Sequence record: DRR723986_3005
Reading direction: 5' to 3' (one strand)
DNA length: 64,000 bases
Of the stretch, positions 40,533-52,326 are shown piece after piece. The notes under the pieces were generated by a model. That model was not told the origin of the DNA. It saw only the letters and a program-made list of their open reading frames with translations, and did no database searches. Made by a program: the position numbers and the translations under genes. Positions within the stretch are counted from its first letter, which is position 1; each line of letters begins with the position of its first letter.

Positions 40533-41369
40533 ATGACCACAATGACAGATCCAAAAACCCTACTGGCGCTGGCACCGCAAATCATTGAGACAACATTGGC
40601 CGCGGGCACGGTTGTGATGGATGTTTTCAACACTGATTTTGAAGTATACGGCAAAGCCGATCAATCCCCTGTTACCGAAGCAGACCGGCGGGGCGAAGAC
40701 ATAATAACAGCGGCTTTAAGCAAAATCGCGCCGGACATTCCCATTGTCGGTGAGGAAGCCAAATCAGAAGGGCACTGCCCTGATATTTCTGGTGGGCTAT
40801 TTTGGCTAGTGGACCCACTTGACGGCACGAAGGAGTTTGTCAAAAAAGGCTCGGATTTCACGGTTAATATTGGCTTGATAAAAGACGGTGTTCCCATTGC
40901 CGGGTTTGTTTTGGCACCAGCCATGAATAAGCTGTATTGGGGTGTTAAGGGTGAATGTGCCTGGATTGCAGATGTTGAAGGTGAAAAGACCTTCAATCAA
41001 CGCCCTATTGCGGCCCGCAAATCCGACCCGGACAATTTGATCATTGTCGCCAGTAAATCGCACCGTTCAAAAGAGCTTGAAGCTTGGTTAGCACATTTCC
41101 CAAGCGCAGAGCATGTCTCTATTGGCTCCAGCTTAAAATTATGCCTGCTGGCAACCGGGGAGGCAGACTTATACCCGCGCTTGGGACCAACCTGCGAATG
41201 GGACACCGCTGCAGCGCACGCCGTTTTGTTGGCTGCTGGTGGCAGCGTTGAGACGAATGATGGCAACCCACTGGTTTACGCCAAAGACCTTAAAACATTT
41301 CTGAATCCCTGGTTTCTATGCCGGGCCGACAAAGACTTCAAGGTGCCCGCCTTAACAAGCGCTGCCTAA
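40533..41369 (+). CDS. cysQ: 3'(2'),5'-bisphosphate nucleotidase
   Basis: K.D.SPVTEAD, FWLVDPLDGTKEF, SKSH, GSSLK and YPRLGPTCEWDTAA motifs. Confidence 0.93.
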   Translation: MTTMTDPKTLLALAPQIIETTLAAGTVVMDVFNTDFEVYGKADQSPVTEADRRGEDIITAALSKIAPDIPIVGEEAKSEGHCPDISGGLFWLVDPLDGTKEFVKKGSDFTVNIGLIKDGVPIAGFVLAPAMNKLYWGVKGECAWIADVEGEKTFNQRPIAARKSDPDNLIIVASKSHRSKELEAWLAHFPSAEHVSIGSSLKLCLLATGEADLYPRLGPTCEWDTAAAHAVLLAAGGSVETNDGNPLVYAKDLKTFLNPWFLCRADKDFKVPALTSAA

Positions 41370-41374
41370 CATAT

Positions 41375-42928
41375 TCATTTATACTTTAGGAACACTGGCA
41401 AACATGCACCTTCAGTGCGGTCGCAATTTTCAACGTCAAAAGTTATGTACAGCTCCTCTGGTGCAAACACGCCAAGGCCCAATTTCAGGTTCGCTAGGCG
41501 CTGTTTCAGTCTATCGGGCATTAAACCAGCACCCAGTTCTGCCAAAATGGATGATGCTTGGCCATCGCTGGCCCGGTCAAGAACTGCCATAAGTTGCGCG
41601 TGAGTATAAGGTTTTTTCCTATTTGCATATAATCCCGCCAACACGCGTTCAAACGCCCCACTGCCCTTCGCCGCGTGCATTTCTCCGTCGAGTAACAACG
41701 CAAATACAGCACCACCGCCATAGACCAACATCCGATTATCTTGCTTTTGCGCGCCCGCTTCCACAAGCGACAATGGTCCCTTGGAGGACAAGGCCACATA
41801 GTAACGGCGGATTATGGTCGCAATTTTTTCCTCTAAACGACTGATATCAGCGGCCCCCGTTGCATATTGCGCCTTGATGGTCATGTAATCCGTGATACCT
41901 TCTTTAAACCATTCGGAATCCGCCGAAACAGCTGGTTTCATCGCGACACCATTCCACAAATGCCCAATTTCATGGGCAAAGCCATGCTGCCAAACTTTTT
42001 CATCCGCCTTGTTGTTTGGCACACTGAAGCGCTGCGCGAAACTTGCTTCAAAGGCACCACCATCTGTGCCCTCGTCGGACACCATAAACACATGGTAGCT
42101 TCCGCCAGCTGGCCCGCCGTATATATCCTGATAGTAGCTAAACAAAGCATCGGCATCTGCAACCGCACGCCGGGCGATTTCCTCAACCGCTTTCTCGTAA
42201 ACAATTACTAATGACGACTGACCAGCCATTACTTGAAAAGTTGGCATGGAAGGTCCCATTGCAAAACCGTTCTTCTGCAAATCCAGAATATTTTTTATGT
42301 GAAACCTGTTGTCACTTAATTTCCGCCAAGGCGCAGCAACAACCCAGTCTTCAGGAAGATCAAACGTAATAACCGATGAGCAAGACTGACGTGCATAATC
42401 TGCCAGCAGAACCGTCCAACCTGTAAAAAAGGAAGCGCCGTCAAAGTTATAGGCGATTTCTTCCTTGCCGTTTCGCCATGCATAGCTGTCATGATTAGCG
42501 TTAATATCATAACGTACGATTACATCATCACTACCAGCGTTGTCCGGCAGTGCCCAGGTGCCAACACCTTTATAATCAAGCGGTTGCTCGGTACTATCAG
42601 CATGAACTTGCCGGACATTCAAAATAAAATCGTCGGTTTGAACACTATTGGAGGCATCGCTTCTTGAAACAATATCAAGCTGATCTGTATCTCCAGCAAC
42701 CGCCATCTCAACCGAAAAACGGTTAAGCCCGGCAGGCGATATAATATAATTTGTTGGCATAGAAGGACACGACTTGGGGTCTAAGCTCCCTGATCCTGAG
42801 CCATATTTTTCATACAACAGAAAGCTACCAGCACCCACAATCGATAATCCTAGCAGGGCGCCTACGCTAATCAGAGCTTTTCGCTTGTTTTGGCCACCAA
42901 AATTATATGTCGGCTTATTACCTGTCAT
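41375..42928 (-). CDS. Membrane-anchored gluzincin metallopeptidase (M61/M1-like)
   Basis: HEIGH followed by WFKEGITDY; VYGGG; N-terminal hydrophobic anchor; GAGGA RBS before MTGNK. ORF track extends the start to 43018. Confidence 0.7.
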   Translation of the reverse strand: MTGNKPTYNFGGQNKRKALISVGALLGLSIVGAGSFLLYEKYGSGSGSLDPKSCPSMPTNYIISPAGLNRFSVEMAVAGDTDQLDIVSRSDASNSVQTDDFILNVRQVHADSTEQPLDYKGVGTWALPDNAGSDDVIVRYDINANHDSYAWRNGKEEIAYNFDGASFFTGWTVLLADYARQSCSSVITFDLPEDWVVAAPWRKLSDNRFHIKNILDLQKNGFAMGPSMPTFQVMAGQSSLVIVYEKAVEEIARRAVADADALFSYYQDIYGGPAGGSYHVFMVSDEGTDGGAFEASFAQRFSVPNNKADEKVWQHGFAHEIGHLWNGVAMKPAVSADSEWFKEGITDYMTIKAQYATGAADISRLEEKIATIIRRYYVALSSKGPLSLVEAGAQKQDNRMLVYGGGAVFALLLDGEMHAAKGSGAFERVLAGLYANRKKPYTHAQLMAVLDRASDGQASSILAELGAGLMPDRLKQRLANLKLGLGVFAPEELYITFDVENCDRTEGACLPVFLKYK

Positions 42929-43230
42929 TTTCTTATCCTCTTGCTGTTTCTTTTTCGCCATACCGTCTATATGCGCGGTATTTCTCAGCGTTCTTTTTTT
43001 CTGGGTAGTACGCAGCAAATATTATGCCATGCCAGTTGGCGATATAATTATATTTTCCAATGACTTACTGGTGGGACGAACGCATGTATTTACGCAATTG
43101 TTCACAAGCGAACACATTTCGTTCGGAAATGAACACACATGCAAACAGTAAAGCTTCCACATCTATTTTCGACAACTCTGCTCAAGTATTGTACAAACTA
43201 AAAAAAACAGCCACTTTAAGGAGTGAAATC

Positions 43231-43794
43231 ATGACTTTGTTAAGCATCGGCATCATTATATTTATTGGCCTTCATCTCATTCCTTATTTTGCGATTGGTC
43301 TAAGAACTGGCCTTATCAGCAAAATGGGTATGAATGGCTACCGGGGCTTGTTTGCTGTTTCCCTGCTTGCTGGCCTTGCCGCGATTATCTTTGGCTGGCG
43401 GTCAACAGTGCCAGATATGGTTTATGTGCCGCCAACCTGGGGCTTTCATGTTACGCCTTTGCTTGTGTTGTTTGGGTTTATTTTGTTCTTCTCAAGTCAG
43501 GCCCCAACCAACATCAAACGGTTTATCCGCCACCCACAAATGACCGGCGTTTTGCTATGGTCCCTTGGCCACCTGGCCGCCAACGGGGAAGACCGCTCCG
43601 TAATATTATTCGGTAGTTTTGCTCTATGGTCTGTGCTGGCAATCTTTGGCGCTAATCGCCGCGATAAAGTTTGGCAAAAACCAGACAAACAGCCTTTTTT
43701 CAAGGATATCATCACGGTTATCATTGGCCTGGCCATGTATGCGCTTGTGATTTACTTCCATGAAGCGGTTATCGGTGTGAGACCAATGCCTTAA
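43231..43794 (+). CDS. NnrU family membrane protein
   Basis: F.GLH, RHPQMTGVLLWSLGHLAANG and LFGSFALW motifs; AAGGAG RBS before ATG 43231. Confidence 0.85.
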   Translation: MTLLSIGIIIFIGLHLIPYFAIGLRTGLISKMGMNGYRGLFAVSLLAGLAAIIFGWRSTVPDMVYVPPTWGFHVTPLLVLFGFILFFSSQAPTNIKRFIRHPQMTGVLLWSLGHLAANGEDRSVILFGSFALWSVLAIFGANRRDKVWQKPDKQPFFKDIITVIIGLAMYALVIYFHEAVIGVRPMP

Positions 43795-43809
43795 CCAAAG
43801 CCTGATTGG

Positions 43810-44226
43810 CTAAACCAGCTCCAAGATATGCGCCGGGTCTTTCAACAGCCCGCGCGCTATCATGCCGCGCATGGGCTCGCCCGAATAAAACCATTCCGTC
43901 GCGATCTTGCCGTCCGCCCACATTTGCACATGCAAGCCATCTTCGCGGCGGTTTGTGCCACTTTCATCATCGTAAGACGTAGTGTTCAAAAAAGCGCAAA
44001 ACTCGCTTTCCGCGTCAATAAATATGTTTGAAATTTCAGCCTTCAGGCTCGTAGCGGAAGCAATAGTCAACTGCTTCCTGTCACGGCATGCCTGTAGCCC
44101 CTCGCCGAAAACCGCGCCGTTGATATAGATCACGCCGTAGTCGGCTAAAAACATATCCCACGCTTCGAGCACTTGCCCGGCCTCAAGCATGGCAATCTGC
44201 AAATTTACCGCGCTTTTATAGTCCAT
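43810..44226 (-). CDS. SnoaL/NTF2-like protein
   Basis: About 138 aa ending in Q.W.DGKI..EWFY, a typical NTF2-like C-terminal strand; starts 9 bp after tolB. Confidence 0.6.
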   Translation of the reverse strand: MDYKSAVNLQIAMLEAGQVLEAWDMFLADYGVIYINGAVFGEGLQACRDRKQLTIASATSLKAEISNIFIDAESEFCAFLNTTSYDDESGTNRREDGLHVQMWADGKIATEWFYSGEPMRGMIARGLLKDPAHILELV

Positions 44227-44235
44227 TACAGGTGG

Positions 44236-45600
44236 CTAGCGCGATGTTACGGGCAGCGGAGGCGACCAAGCAGGGTCAGACGCATCGTAGGGTGTTGGCA
44301 CCTTATGCTCATTGTAGCCTGTCAAATCCACCGACCACAGTGACGGCGTACCACCATTGCCTGCGTTATCAAATGGCGGTGTGCGGAAAAACATCAGTAC
44401 GCGACCATTCGGCGACCATGTTGGACCTTCATCCTGATAAGCATCTGTAAGCAATCGTTCGCCCTTGCCGTCCGGACGCATCACACCAATGCGGAACTTA
44501 CGGTCCCCAATTTTAGTGAAAGCAATAAGGTCACCGCGCGGCGACCATACCGGCGTTGCATAACGTCCACGTCCGAAAGATATGCGCTGAACATTATCGC
44601 CGTCTGGGTCCATCACATAAAGCTGCTGCGAGCCACCCCGGTCAGAGTTAAAAACAATATGCCGCCCGTCCGGCGAGTATGACGGTGAGGTGTCAATACC
44701 GGGGTCATTGGTTAGGCGCTCAACCTCACGGGTGCGTAAATCCATCAGGTAAATATCCGAGTTGCCGTCTTCTGCCAAAGTCATAACCACTTTGTTGCCG
44801 TCAGGCGAGAAGCGCGGCGCGAATGTCATGCTGGGGAAATCGCCCAACACTTCAAAGCGGTTTGAGAGAATATTAAACAAATAAACCCGAGGCTTATTGT
44901 CAAAATAACTGAGGAAAGTAATTTCCTGCCGGTTCGGACTGAACCGCGGTGTTAGCACCAAATAACTGCCATCGGTCAAAAACTGCTGGTTGGCACCGTC
45001 CTGGTCCATAATTGCCAAGCGTTTGATGCGATTAAGCGCCTCACCTTGCTCTGCTATATAAACAATACGGGTGTCAAAATACCCGGCTTCGCCTGTCAGG
45101 CGCGTGTAGATACGGTCAGAAATTACATGGGCAATGCGCCGCCAATTGGACGCAGGCGTATTATAGCCGACACCTTCCATTTGTAGTTCACCCACCACAT
45201 CCCACAGGCGAAATTCCACCCGCAAGTTGCCATTGGACAATATTTGCAGTCGCCCTGTAACAAGCGCCTGCGCTGCCAATGGCCGCCATGCGTTAAAACG
45301 CGGGCGAGTTGGCGCAGCCGTTATTTTTTCAATGAAGGCATTCTGGTCAATCGCCCGAAACAAGCCAGTAGATACAAGATTATTAGTGATCACTTCACCG
45401 ATGCTGGCGCCAATATCAATCAAACTTCCCGTTGGGGTTTCCACGTCCTCCACCGGCACAAAATCAGGAATAGCGATTGGCACTGGGTCAACACTGCCGC
45501 GCGTTACATCAACTTTCAACTGTGCGGTCGCGCTTGTTGCTATTGCAAAAAGCACCACTAGAAAACCAAAAGCTTTTCTAATCCAAATTGTTGCATTCAT
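44236..45600 (-). CDS. tolB: Tol-Pal beta-propeller protein
   Basis: [34 protein letters not shown] and PD40 repeats; start at MNATIW. Confidence 0.95.
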   Translation of the reverse strand: MNATIWIRKAFGFLVVLFAIATSATAQLKVDVTRGSVDPVPIAIPDFVPVEDVETPTGSLIDIGASIGEVITNNLVSTGLFRAIDQNAFIEKITAAPTRPRFNAWRPLAAQALVTGRLQILSNGNLRVEFRLWDVVGELQMEGVGYNTPASNWRRIAHVISDRIYTRLTGEAGYFDTRIVYIAEQGEALNRIKRLAIMDQDGANQQFLTDGSYLVLTPRFSPNRQEITFLSYFDNKPRVYLFNILSNRFEVLGDFPSMTFAPRFSPDGNKVVMTLAEDGNSDIYLMDLRTREVERLTNDPGIDTSPSYSPDGRHIVFNSDRGGSQQLYVMDPDGDNVQRISFGRGRYATPVWSPRGDLIAFTKIGDRKFRIGVMRPDGKGERLLTDAYQDEGPTWSPNGRVLMFFRTPPFDNAGNGGTPSLWSVDLTGYNEHKVPTPYDASDPAWSPPLPVTSR

Positions 45601-45619
45601 TCTGCTTTTTGTCCCCACG

Positions 45620-46489
45620 TTACCCGCCAATGAAAGTCGACGGATTAAAGTTAAAATCAATGTATTTCTGGTCTGCGCTCAGTTCTTTGGCCACTTCCGA
45701 GAAAGGCTCACTGAGCAAAACAGCGCGCTTCGCGCTTTCAGCAAAAACCCTGAAAAAAGCTCGGTCTGGGTCATTCAAATTACCTGCATCCAAAAATTCT
45801 GGCGACCGCGACAGATACCCATCAGGCCGCAACCATATACGGATCGTAACTTGCATTCCCTGAATACCCTTGGCACCACCGGGAATTGACCAATTTTCAG
45901 CAACTTTTTGGCCCAGAGCATCTATCACAGACGCCGTAGCAATTTGGCCGCGCAAGCCAGGCGAAAACAATGGCTTTGTGTCAGGCTCAGGCGCTTTTAC
46001 GGCTTCTTTTTTAGGCTCTTCCGCTTTCTGAACCTGTTCTTGCTCTTCTTTAATCGAACGATCAATCAGGGCGGCAATCCGTTTAACTTTCAGCCGCGAC
46101 GGTGGCTTTGGTTTAGCGCGCGGTGTAACCCGGTTTGCCAACTTTCGCGTTTCCGAAACCTGCGGCCGCGGCTTTGGCTTGGGAATTGGTGCTGCTTCTG
46201 CAGGTTTAACCTTCTCCAACAACGGCGCGGCGTCTTCAGCCACTGCTTCTACGGCCTCAGCAGCCGCATAATTGGGTTGCGGTTTTTCTTGCGCCTGCGC
46301 TTGTTGTACTTCTGGCGCCTTTGGGGCAACAACCCGGGTTTGTTCGGCTATTTGAACAAATTCTATGTTGATCGGTGGGGGCGGCGCAGGCATATCGCGG
46401 GCGAGGCGCGGCAGGCCGACCAATGCAGCAACAGCAACACCTACGTGCAATGCACCGGAAAATACCCAGCCAGTCTGTCCCACCCTCAT
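45620..46489 (-). CDS. tolA: TolA/TonB-like energy transducer
   Basis: SGALH TM motif, Pro/Lys/Glu-rich linker and C-terminal W..P.G...AESA.RAV; between tolR and tolB. Confidence 0.8.
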   Translation of the reverse strand: MRVGQTGWVFSGALHVGVAVAALVGLPRLARDMPAPPPPINIEFVQIAEQTRVVAPKAPEVQQAQAQEKPQPNYAAAEAVEAVAEDAAPLLEKVKPAEAAPIPKPKPRPQVSETRKLANRVTPRAKPKPPSRLKVKRIAALIDRSIKEEQEQVQKAEEPKKEAVKAPEPDTKPLFSPGLRGQIATASVIDALGQKVAENWSIPGGAKGIQGMQVTIRIWLRPDGYLSRSPEFLDAGNLNDPDRAFFRVFAESAKRAVLLSEPFSEVAKELSADQKYIDFNFNPSTFIGG

Positions 46490-46547
46490 ATTCACTGCGT
46501 TGTTTCTCTTGCTTCCGTTCGTTGTGTTTGCCCCATTAAGTAGGCGC

Positions 46548-46988
46548 TTATCGTTGCTCTGCCACCAGTGCCACGCGCGTAAACCCGGCACGGTTAATAA
46601 CCCCAATTACTTGCATCACCTGCCCGTAATCCAGTTTTGTGTCACCGCGCACATAAATACGCGTATCACGGCTGCTACCAACAATAGCGGTCAACCGCGG
46701 CACAAGTTCATCAAGGCCAATGGCAGTGTCTGCGAGAAATATGGCACCTTCATGGTCAATGGATATCTCAAGCGGTTTGCTATCTTGCGGCAATGGGCGC
46801 GCCGCCGCTTTTGGCAGATCAACCTGAATACCCGCAGTCAATAATGGAGCTGCCACCATGAAAACAATCAATAATACCAGCATCACATCAACGAACGGCG
46901 TTACGTTTATTTCCGCCATTGGGCGGTATCGGCCGCGCCGACCGCCGCCACCTGAGGGCCTTCCGCCGCCTGTTACAGATGCGCCCAT
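46548..46988 (-). CDS. tolR: Tol-Pal protein TolR
   Basis: EINVTPFVDVMLVLLIVFMVAAP motif. Confidence 0.93.
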   Translation of the reverse strand: MGASVTGGGRPSGGGGRRGRYRPMAEINVTPFVDVMLVLLIVFMVAAPLLTAGIQVDLPKAAARPLPQDSKPLEISIDHEGAIFLADTAIGLDELVPRLTAIVGSSRDTRIYVRGDTKLDYGQVMQVIGVINRAGFTRVALVAEQR

Positions 46989-47734
46989 TAGGTGCCTCGC
47001 TCATCAAGTTGACGCGACAGTATGGCGGCAAATTCGTCGGCAAAGCCTTCAACCCGGCCAGCATAGCGCCCCAAATCAGTTGATAATTTGTTGTAGGCAA
47101 TAACCGCTGGAATTGCCGCAACCAGGCCCAGAGCGGTAGCTAGCAATGCTTCCGCAATACCGGGGGCTACTGTCGCCAATGAAGTGTCTGACGCCGTGGC
47201 AATCGCGGTAAAGCTATTCATAATACCCCACACAGTGCCAAAAAGACCAACGAACGGCGCCGCCGACCCAATGGTCGCCAAATAACCAACCTGGCCTTCA
47301 AGCCGGTCCATCTCGCGGCTGGTGGTTACATGCATAACTTTATTAATGCGGTCTTGAACGGTTACTTTATCAAAACCGCCCAAGGTAGACCCCAAGCTGC
47401 GCTGCCATTCTCGCATTGCCGCTACAAAGACAGCCGCCAGTGGATGATCAGGCGCTTGCTTTATGCCGGAGTATAGTTCGTCAAGAGAACTCCCCGACCA
47501 GAAAACATCTTCAAACTCATCAGCCTTGGCCCGCGCGTCTTTTACCCGCTGCCATGTATTGAAAATGATCGACCACCCCCATACGCTGGCCGCAAGCAAC
47601 ATAACCATTACCGCTTGCACGATAATATCCGCTTGCATGAACATGCCGAGAACGGAAAAGTCAGGCGCGTTGCCGCCCAATTCCATCGCTTCAACGGCTT
47701 GTGTCGCCGGTGCATTAATTGACTGGTCCTGCAT
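46988..47734 (-). CDS. tolQ: Tol-Pal protein TolQ
   Basis: LATIGSAAPFVGLFGTVWGIM and VAPGIAEALLATALGL motifs. Confidence 0.94.
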   Translation of the reverse strand: MQDQSINAPATQAVEAMELGGNAPDFSVLGMFMQADIIVQAVMVMLLAASVWGWSIIFNTWQRVKDARAKADEFEDVFWSGSSLDELYSGIKQAPDHPLAAVFVAAMREWQRSLGSTLGGFDKVTVQDRINKVMHVTTSREMDRLEGQVGYLATIGSAAPFVGLFGTVWGIMNSFTAIATASDTSLATVAPGIAEALLATALGLVAAIPAVIAYNKLSTDLGRYAGRVEGFADEFAAILSRQLDERGT

Positions 47735-47759
47735 TCAAGTCTCCTCAGGGCAACGTGTG

Positions 47760-48251
47760 TTATAGTGTAGCGTTTTGCGCGGCATTATACCAGTTTGTCC
47801 AGCATTCTTTTGCGTCAGCAGGCCAGCGCCGCGGTTTGCCATCGGTTCCGATCACGGCAACAAGCAATTCTGCATCGCTAACAACGGCGCCATCGCATGT
47901 TATCCATTGTTTTACTTCAATGGCAGCTGCGCGCACTTTTGTGACCATACTATGACCAACAAGAATATCGCCGATTTTTGCTTGTCGGTGATAGGCAATG
48001 TTTAGTTTGCTCACGACATAGGTCAGCGGGCCGCCATCCCTATCAGAAATAGCAAATAAATGATCCACATCTGCCGCTGAACCTCGAATACTCTCGGTAC
48101 GCACGCGCTCAAAAAAACTAACGTAACGGGCGTGATACATCATGCCGCCAACATCGGTGTCCTCGTAGTAAACCCGCATGGGGAAATGGAAAACACCATC
48201 TTTCCATCCGCCCCGACTGAGCGTGCCTACTGTAGGCGCGTCGGTCATCAT
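47760..48251 (-). CDS. ybgC: YbgC/FadM family acyl-CoA thioesterase
   Basis: [21 protein letters not shown] motif; ATGA overlap with ruvB. Confidence 0.88.
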   Translation of the reverse strand: MMTDAPTVGTLSRGGWKDGVFHFPMRVYYEDTDVGGMMYHARYVSFFERVRTESIRGSAADVDHLFAISDRDGGPLTYVVSKLNIAYHRQAKIGDILVGHSMVTKVRAAAIEVKQWITCDGAVVSDAELLVAVIGTDGKPRRWPADAKECWTNWYNAAQNATL

Positions 48252-49312
48252 TTGCCGTCTCCCAGCATATCCATTTGCGCCGCAGCTTCGCCTGTAATTG
48301 GCGGTGTTATGCCAATATGCTTCCAACCATCTGGCGAAAGCGTGCGACCGCGCGGCGTGCGCTGCACAAGACCCACCTGCATCAGGAACGGCTCAATGAT
48401 ATCCTCAATAGCATCGCGTGGCTCCGACAAAGCAGCTGCCAAAGTTTCAATGCCAACAGGCCCACCCGAATAGGTATCACCGATGCACATCAAATAGCGG
48501 CGGTCCATTGTATCAAGCCCGCGATCATCTACCTGAAGCCGGTTTAGCGCTGCATCAGCCGCAACCGCATCAACCGTGTCTCGCTCTGCGACCAATGCAA
48601 AATCACGCACTCGTCGCAAAAGCCGACCGGCAATGCGCGGCGTACCGCGTGACCGCGCCGCCACTTCGCGCGCGCCGTCGTCACTAATTTTCAAATCCAG
48701 CAGCTTGGCACTGCGGCGCACAACTTCGGTCAATTCTTCTGTCGTGTAAAACTCCAGTCGGGTTGGAATACCAAACCGGTCCCGCAGGGGTTTGGTGATC
48801 AACCCAGAACGCGTTGTTGCGCCCACCAATGTAAAGCGTGGAAGATCAATGCGCACAGAGCGTGCAGCCGGCCCCTCGCCAATGATCAAATCAAGTTGGA
48901 AGTCTTCCATTGCCGGATAGAGAATTTCTTCCACCGCAGGGCTTAGACGGTGGATTTCGTCAATGAACAAAACATCGCGTTCCTGCAAGTTGGTCAGCAG
49001 GGCCGCCAAATCACCGGCTTTGGTTATAACCGGACCTGACGTTGCACGGAAATTAACCCCCAGTTCGCGGGAAACAATTTGAGCAAGCGTTGTTTTGCCA
49101 AGACCGGGAGGGCCAAAAAACAACACATGATCCATAGCCTCGCTGCGGGTACGCGCGGCTTCGATGAATACATGCAGGTTTTCCCGCGCCTGTTCCTGGC
49201 CGATAAATTCTTTAAGCGACTGTGGACGCAGCCCAGCGTCAATAACATCGCCGAGGGCTTCTGTGCCTTCAACCAAACGGTCTTCACCAGTTATGTCTGA
49301 AAGGTCACTCAT
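48248..49312 (-). CDS. ruvB: Holliday junction helicase
   Basis: [22 protein letters not shown] and SRGTPRIA motifs. Confidence 0.97.
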   Translation of the reverse strand: MSDLSDITGEDRLVEGTEALGDVIDAGLRPQSLKEFIGQEQARENLHVFIEAARTRSEAMDHVLFFGPPGLGKTTLAQIVSRELGVNFRATSGPVITKAGDLAALLTNLQERDVLFIDEIHRLSPAVEEILYPAMEDFQLDLIIGEGPAARSVRIDLPRFTLVGATTRSGLITKPLRDRFGIPTRLEFYTTEELTEVVRRSAKLLDLKISDDGAREVAARSRGTPRIAGRLLRRVRDFALVAERDTVDAVAADAALNRLQVDDRGLDTMDRRYLMCIGDTYSGGPVGIETLAAALSEPRDAIEDIIEPFLMQVGLVQRTPRGRTLSPDGWKHIGITPPITGEAAAQMDMLGDGK

Positions 49313-49935
49313 AACGCGCTCAACTCTTTCAGCGCAGCCGGTACAACGGCACTAACGTCGGCACCTTCATCCAGATCACCGAGTACCTTCGCCACAGCTG
49401 CGTGTGCATCCATTGGCTTATACCCCAAGTTGGACAACGCCGAGACAGCATCCGCAACGACGGAATTATCAGCATCAGCGGCAGGTGCATCGGCGACGGA
49501 AGTAGCCCGAACGCCCTTCGGTTGGAAAACAAGACCAGTAACTTTGTCTTTCAACTCGGTGACAATCCGGGTCGCGACCTTTGGCCCAACGCCCTTAGCA
49601 CGAGCAACGGCCGTTTTGTCCTGTGCGGCAATAGCGTTTTGTAGGTCGGCCGGCGAAAGCGTTGAAAGGATCGCAAGCGCAACCTTTGCGCCGACACCTT
49701 GCACGCTGGTGAGTAGACGAAACAGATCCCGTTCCTGAACATCAGCGAAGCCAAACAGTGAGAGCGAATCTTCGCGAACAATGGTTTCAATATGCAGAGC
49801 AACTGCCTCGCCGATGCGCGGCAGTGCCATCAAAGTGCGGGACGATCCGCTGACCAGATAGCCCACGCCCTGAACATCGATAATCGCCCAGTCTTCACCG
49901 GTGCTATCAACCAGCCCTTTCAGTTTCGCAATCAA
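49309..49935 (-). CDS. ruvA: Holliday junction binding protein
   Basis: MIAKLKG from a TTG start overlapping the ruvC stop; DVQGVGY, VRED, VQGVGAK and SAL.NLGY. Confidence 0.95.
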   Translation of the reverse strand: MIAKLKGLVDSTGEDWAIIDVQGVGYLVSGSSRTLMALPRIGEAVALHIETIVREDSLSLFGFADVQERDLFRLLTSVQGVGAKVALAILSTLSPADLQNAIAAQDKTAVARAKGVGPKVATRIVTELKDKVTGLVFQPKGVRATSVADAPAADADNSVVADAVSALSNLGYKPMDAHAAVAKVLGDLDEGADVSAVVPAALKELSAL

Positions 49936-50429
49936 CGGGTCATTCTCCCAATATTGGCGTTTGACGCCACATGATGCGCATGACAAATAGCAACTGCAAG
50001 GGCATCCGCGGCATCAGGCCCATTTATTTCAACGCCCGGCAGCAAAATTTGAACCATGGCATCAACCTGTTCTTTTGCGGCATGCCCCGCCCCAACCACC
50101 GACTTTTTCACATGATTGGGCGTATATTCCGCCACATCAAGCCCCGCTTGCGCCGGCACCAAAAGTGACATGCCCCGGGCCTGTCCCAGCTTGAGTGTAG
50201 AGGTGGGGTTTTTGTTCACAAAGGTTTCCTCCACAGCGCATGACACTGGTTGCCAAACACGCAGTACTTCGGTCAGGCCGATGTGAAGTTCTACCAGCCG
50301 TTCAGCGAGGGATTTTTTGGCGTCAGATTTGACAACACCGTTAGCCACATGGCGCAAATTATTGCCCTGTGCCTCGACGACACCCCAACCGGTTTTCTGC
50401 AGTCCAGGATCAAGGCCCAGAAGGCGCAT
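49932..50429 (-). CDS. ruvC: Holliday junction resolvase
   Basis: LGLDPG, LGQARG, VKKSVVG.G.A.K.QV and [12 protein letters not shown] motifs. Confidence 0.96.
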   Translation of the reverse strand: MRLLGLDPGLQKTGWGVVEAQGNNLRHVANGVVKSDAKKSLAERLVELHIGLTEVLRVWQPVSCAVEETFVNKNPTSTLKLGQARGMSLLVPAQAGLDVAEYTPNHVKKSVVGAGHAAKEQVDAMVQILLPGVEINGPDAADALAVAICHAHHVASNANIGRMTR

Positions 50430-50458
50430 GAAAGTCCCCCGTCATAAAAGTCTGGTGT

Positions 50459-51211
50459 TTACTCTTCAGCCAATGCTGCCATTACGTCTGCCGGAATGTC
50501 ATAGTTACCGAAAATGGTTTGAACATCATCATTGTCTTCAAGCGTGTCGATCAACCGCATTAATTTCTCTGCAGCATCCTTGTCCAGTTCCATTGGCTCT
50601 TTGGGCTTGAAAATCAGCTTCGCGCTTTCAGGCTCGCTACCCAATGACTCTGTCAGGGCGGAGACAACCGCATGCAAGTCACCAGCTTCTGAATATACAG
50701 CATGACCGTCGTCATCGCTCTCAACTTCCTCTGCACCTGCTTCCAGTGCGGCTTCAAACATGCTGTCTGCATCGGTAACGTCTGCCGGGTAGGTAATTTC
50801 ACCAACGCGGTCAAACATAAAGCCAACGCAGCCACTTTCGCCTAGTTTACCGCCGGCTTTTGCCAGAATAGTCCGCACATCAGATGCGGTGCGGTTGCGG
50901 TTATCCGTCAGCGCCTCAACGATAATGCCAATGCCACCGGGGCCGTATCCCTCATAGCGCATTTCATCATAATTTTCAGCGTCGCCGCCTTCGGCTTTCG
51001 CGATAGCCCGCTCAATATTATCTTTGGGCATACTCTGGGCACGGGCGGTGGCAACAGCAAGGCGCAGACGCGGGTTGCTGTCCATATCGCCGCCGCCCAT
51101 TTTTGCAGCAACTGTAATTTCCCTGCTAAATTTCGAGAACATTTTCGAGCGCTTTTTGTCCTGCGCGCCCTTGCGGTACATGATGTTTTTGAATTTGGAA
51201 TGGCCAGCCAT
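50459..51211 (-). CDS. yebC: YebC/PmpR family protein
   Basis: [17 protein letters not shown] and LTDNRNRT motifs; upstream of ruvC. Confidence 0.95.
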   Translation of the reverse strand: MAGHSKFKNIMYRKGAQDKKRSKMFSKFSREITVAAKMGGGDMDSNPRLRLAVATARAQSMPKDNIERAIAKAEGGDAENYDEMRYEGYGPGGIGIIVEALTDNRNRTASDVRTILAKAGGKLGESGCVGFMFDRVGEITYPADVTDADSMFEAALEAGAEEVESDDDGHAVYSEAGDLHAVVSALTESLGSEPESAKLIFKPKEPMELDKDAAEKLMRLIDTLEDNDDVQTIFGNYDIPADVMAALAEE

Positions 51212-51375
51212 GGCAACCTCTGGATCTATCCCTAAAATACTCGGGGTGGTTAAAATTTTGCACTGCGCGATCAAAGCGGCAGCATTTGGCCCTTTCTTAG
51301 CAGATTTAACGCTGTTGAACAGGGGTAAATGCCCCTATAGTGTTAACATTGTTTTGAACATAAGGGTTTACTGGC

Positions 51376-51828
51376 ATGGGCATGCACCAAGGTAGTTGTT
51401 ATTGCGGCAATATAACCGTGACGGTGAAAACGCCTGCAGGCGGCAAGGAACCCTTCACAGTAACGGTGCCGCGTGAATGTGATTGTAACTATTGCACCAT
51501 GCACGGAGCAGCGTGGGCCTCCACCCCTGATGCCGTGCTGGAGATTGAAATTCAGAACGAAGCGGCGATCAACCTGTTCGAGCAAGGCAGCGACAGCGCA
51601 CGCTTTTGGCTGTGCCAGCGCTGCGGCGTTGTGCCTGCCGTTACCTGCGACATTGGCGGCCACCGCAAAGGCGCGGTTAACGCCAACTGTATGATCGAGC
51701 GCGCCGCGTTCCCCGCCGCACGCAAAAGCAGCCCCAAGGAGCTGTCCGCTCAAGACAAGAAAGATCGCTGGTCTAGCCTTTGGATCGACAAGGTCGTGAT
51801 TAAAGACTGCTGGGACGTGGGACTTTAG
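51376..51828 (+). CDS. GFA (CENP-V) family zinc-binding protein
   Basis: GSCYCG, CDCNYC and CQRCG Cys motifs. Confidence 0.82.
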   Translation: MGMHQGSCYCGNITVTVKTPAGGKEPFTVTVPRECDCNYCTMHGAAWASTPDAVLEIEIQNEAAINLFEQGSDSARFWLCQRCGVVPAVTCDIGGHRKGAVNANCMIERAAFPAARKSSPKELSAQDKKDRWSSLWIDKVVIKDCWDVGL

Positions 51829-51836
51829 ACATTTCA

Positions 51837-52316
51837 ATGATAAATTTTTTGAAAATCGCGACCATCAGCATTTTGTTTCTGTCCGCATGTGCCGCAGAAA
51901 TTGAAAAGCTAACGCCTGCTCAGGAAACCGAAATTCGTAATGAGGTCAATGCTGCTTTCTCGGGGCTAGCGGAGGCTTCAAAAACGCTCAATCACGAGGC
52001 ATATTTTTCTTATTTTGATGCCGAAAAATACACTGCCCTCAATGAAAACGGTGAAGTTTTGCACTCATTCAAGGCATTCAAAGACATTTATGAGCCGCAA
52101 CTGGGATATCTGGAAAGCTACCAAAGCCTTGAATTCAGTAATGTAAAAATCGATGTGATTGATGCATCCACCGCCGTATTGGTGAACGAATATGAGGCAA
52201 CAGTTACTTTGAAGTCCGGCCAAACCGTCAGCGCCGCGGGTGCCGGAACGCAAGTCTGGTCGAAACGGACCGGCAGCTGGAAACTGGTCAATGTATCCAG
52301 TAGCGCAAAGCCTTAA
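51837..52316 (+). CDS. NTF2-like (DUF4440/SnoaL) lipoprotein
   Basis: Lipobox LSAC; C-terminal TQVW....G.WK.V..SSS. Confidence 0.7.
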   Translation: MINFLKIATISILFLSACAAEIEKLTPAQETEIRNEVNAAFSGLAEASKTLNHEAYFSYFDAEKYTALNENGEVLHSFKAFKDIYEPQLGYLESYQSLEFSNVKIDVIDASTAVLVNEYEATVTLKSGQTVSAAGAGTQVWSKRTGSWKLVNVSSSAKP

Positions 52317-52326
52317 ATAGCACACC

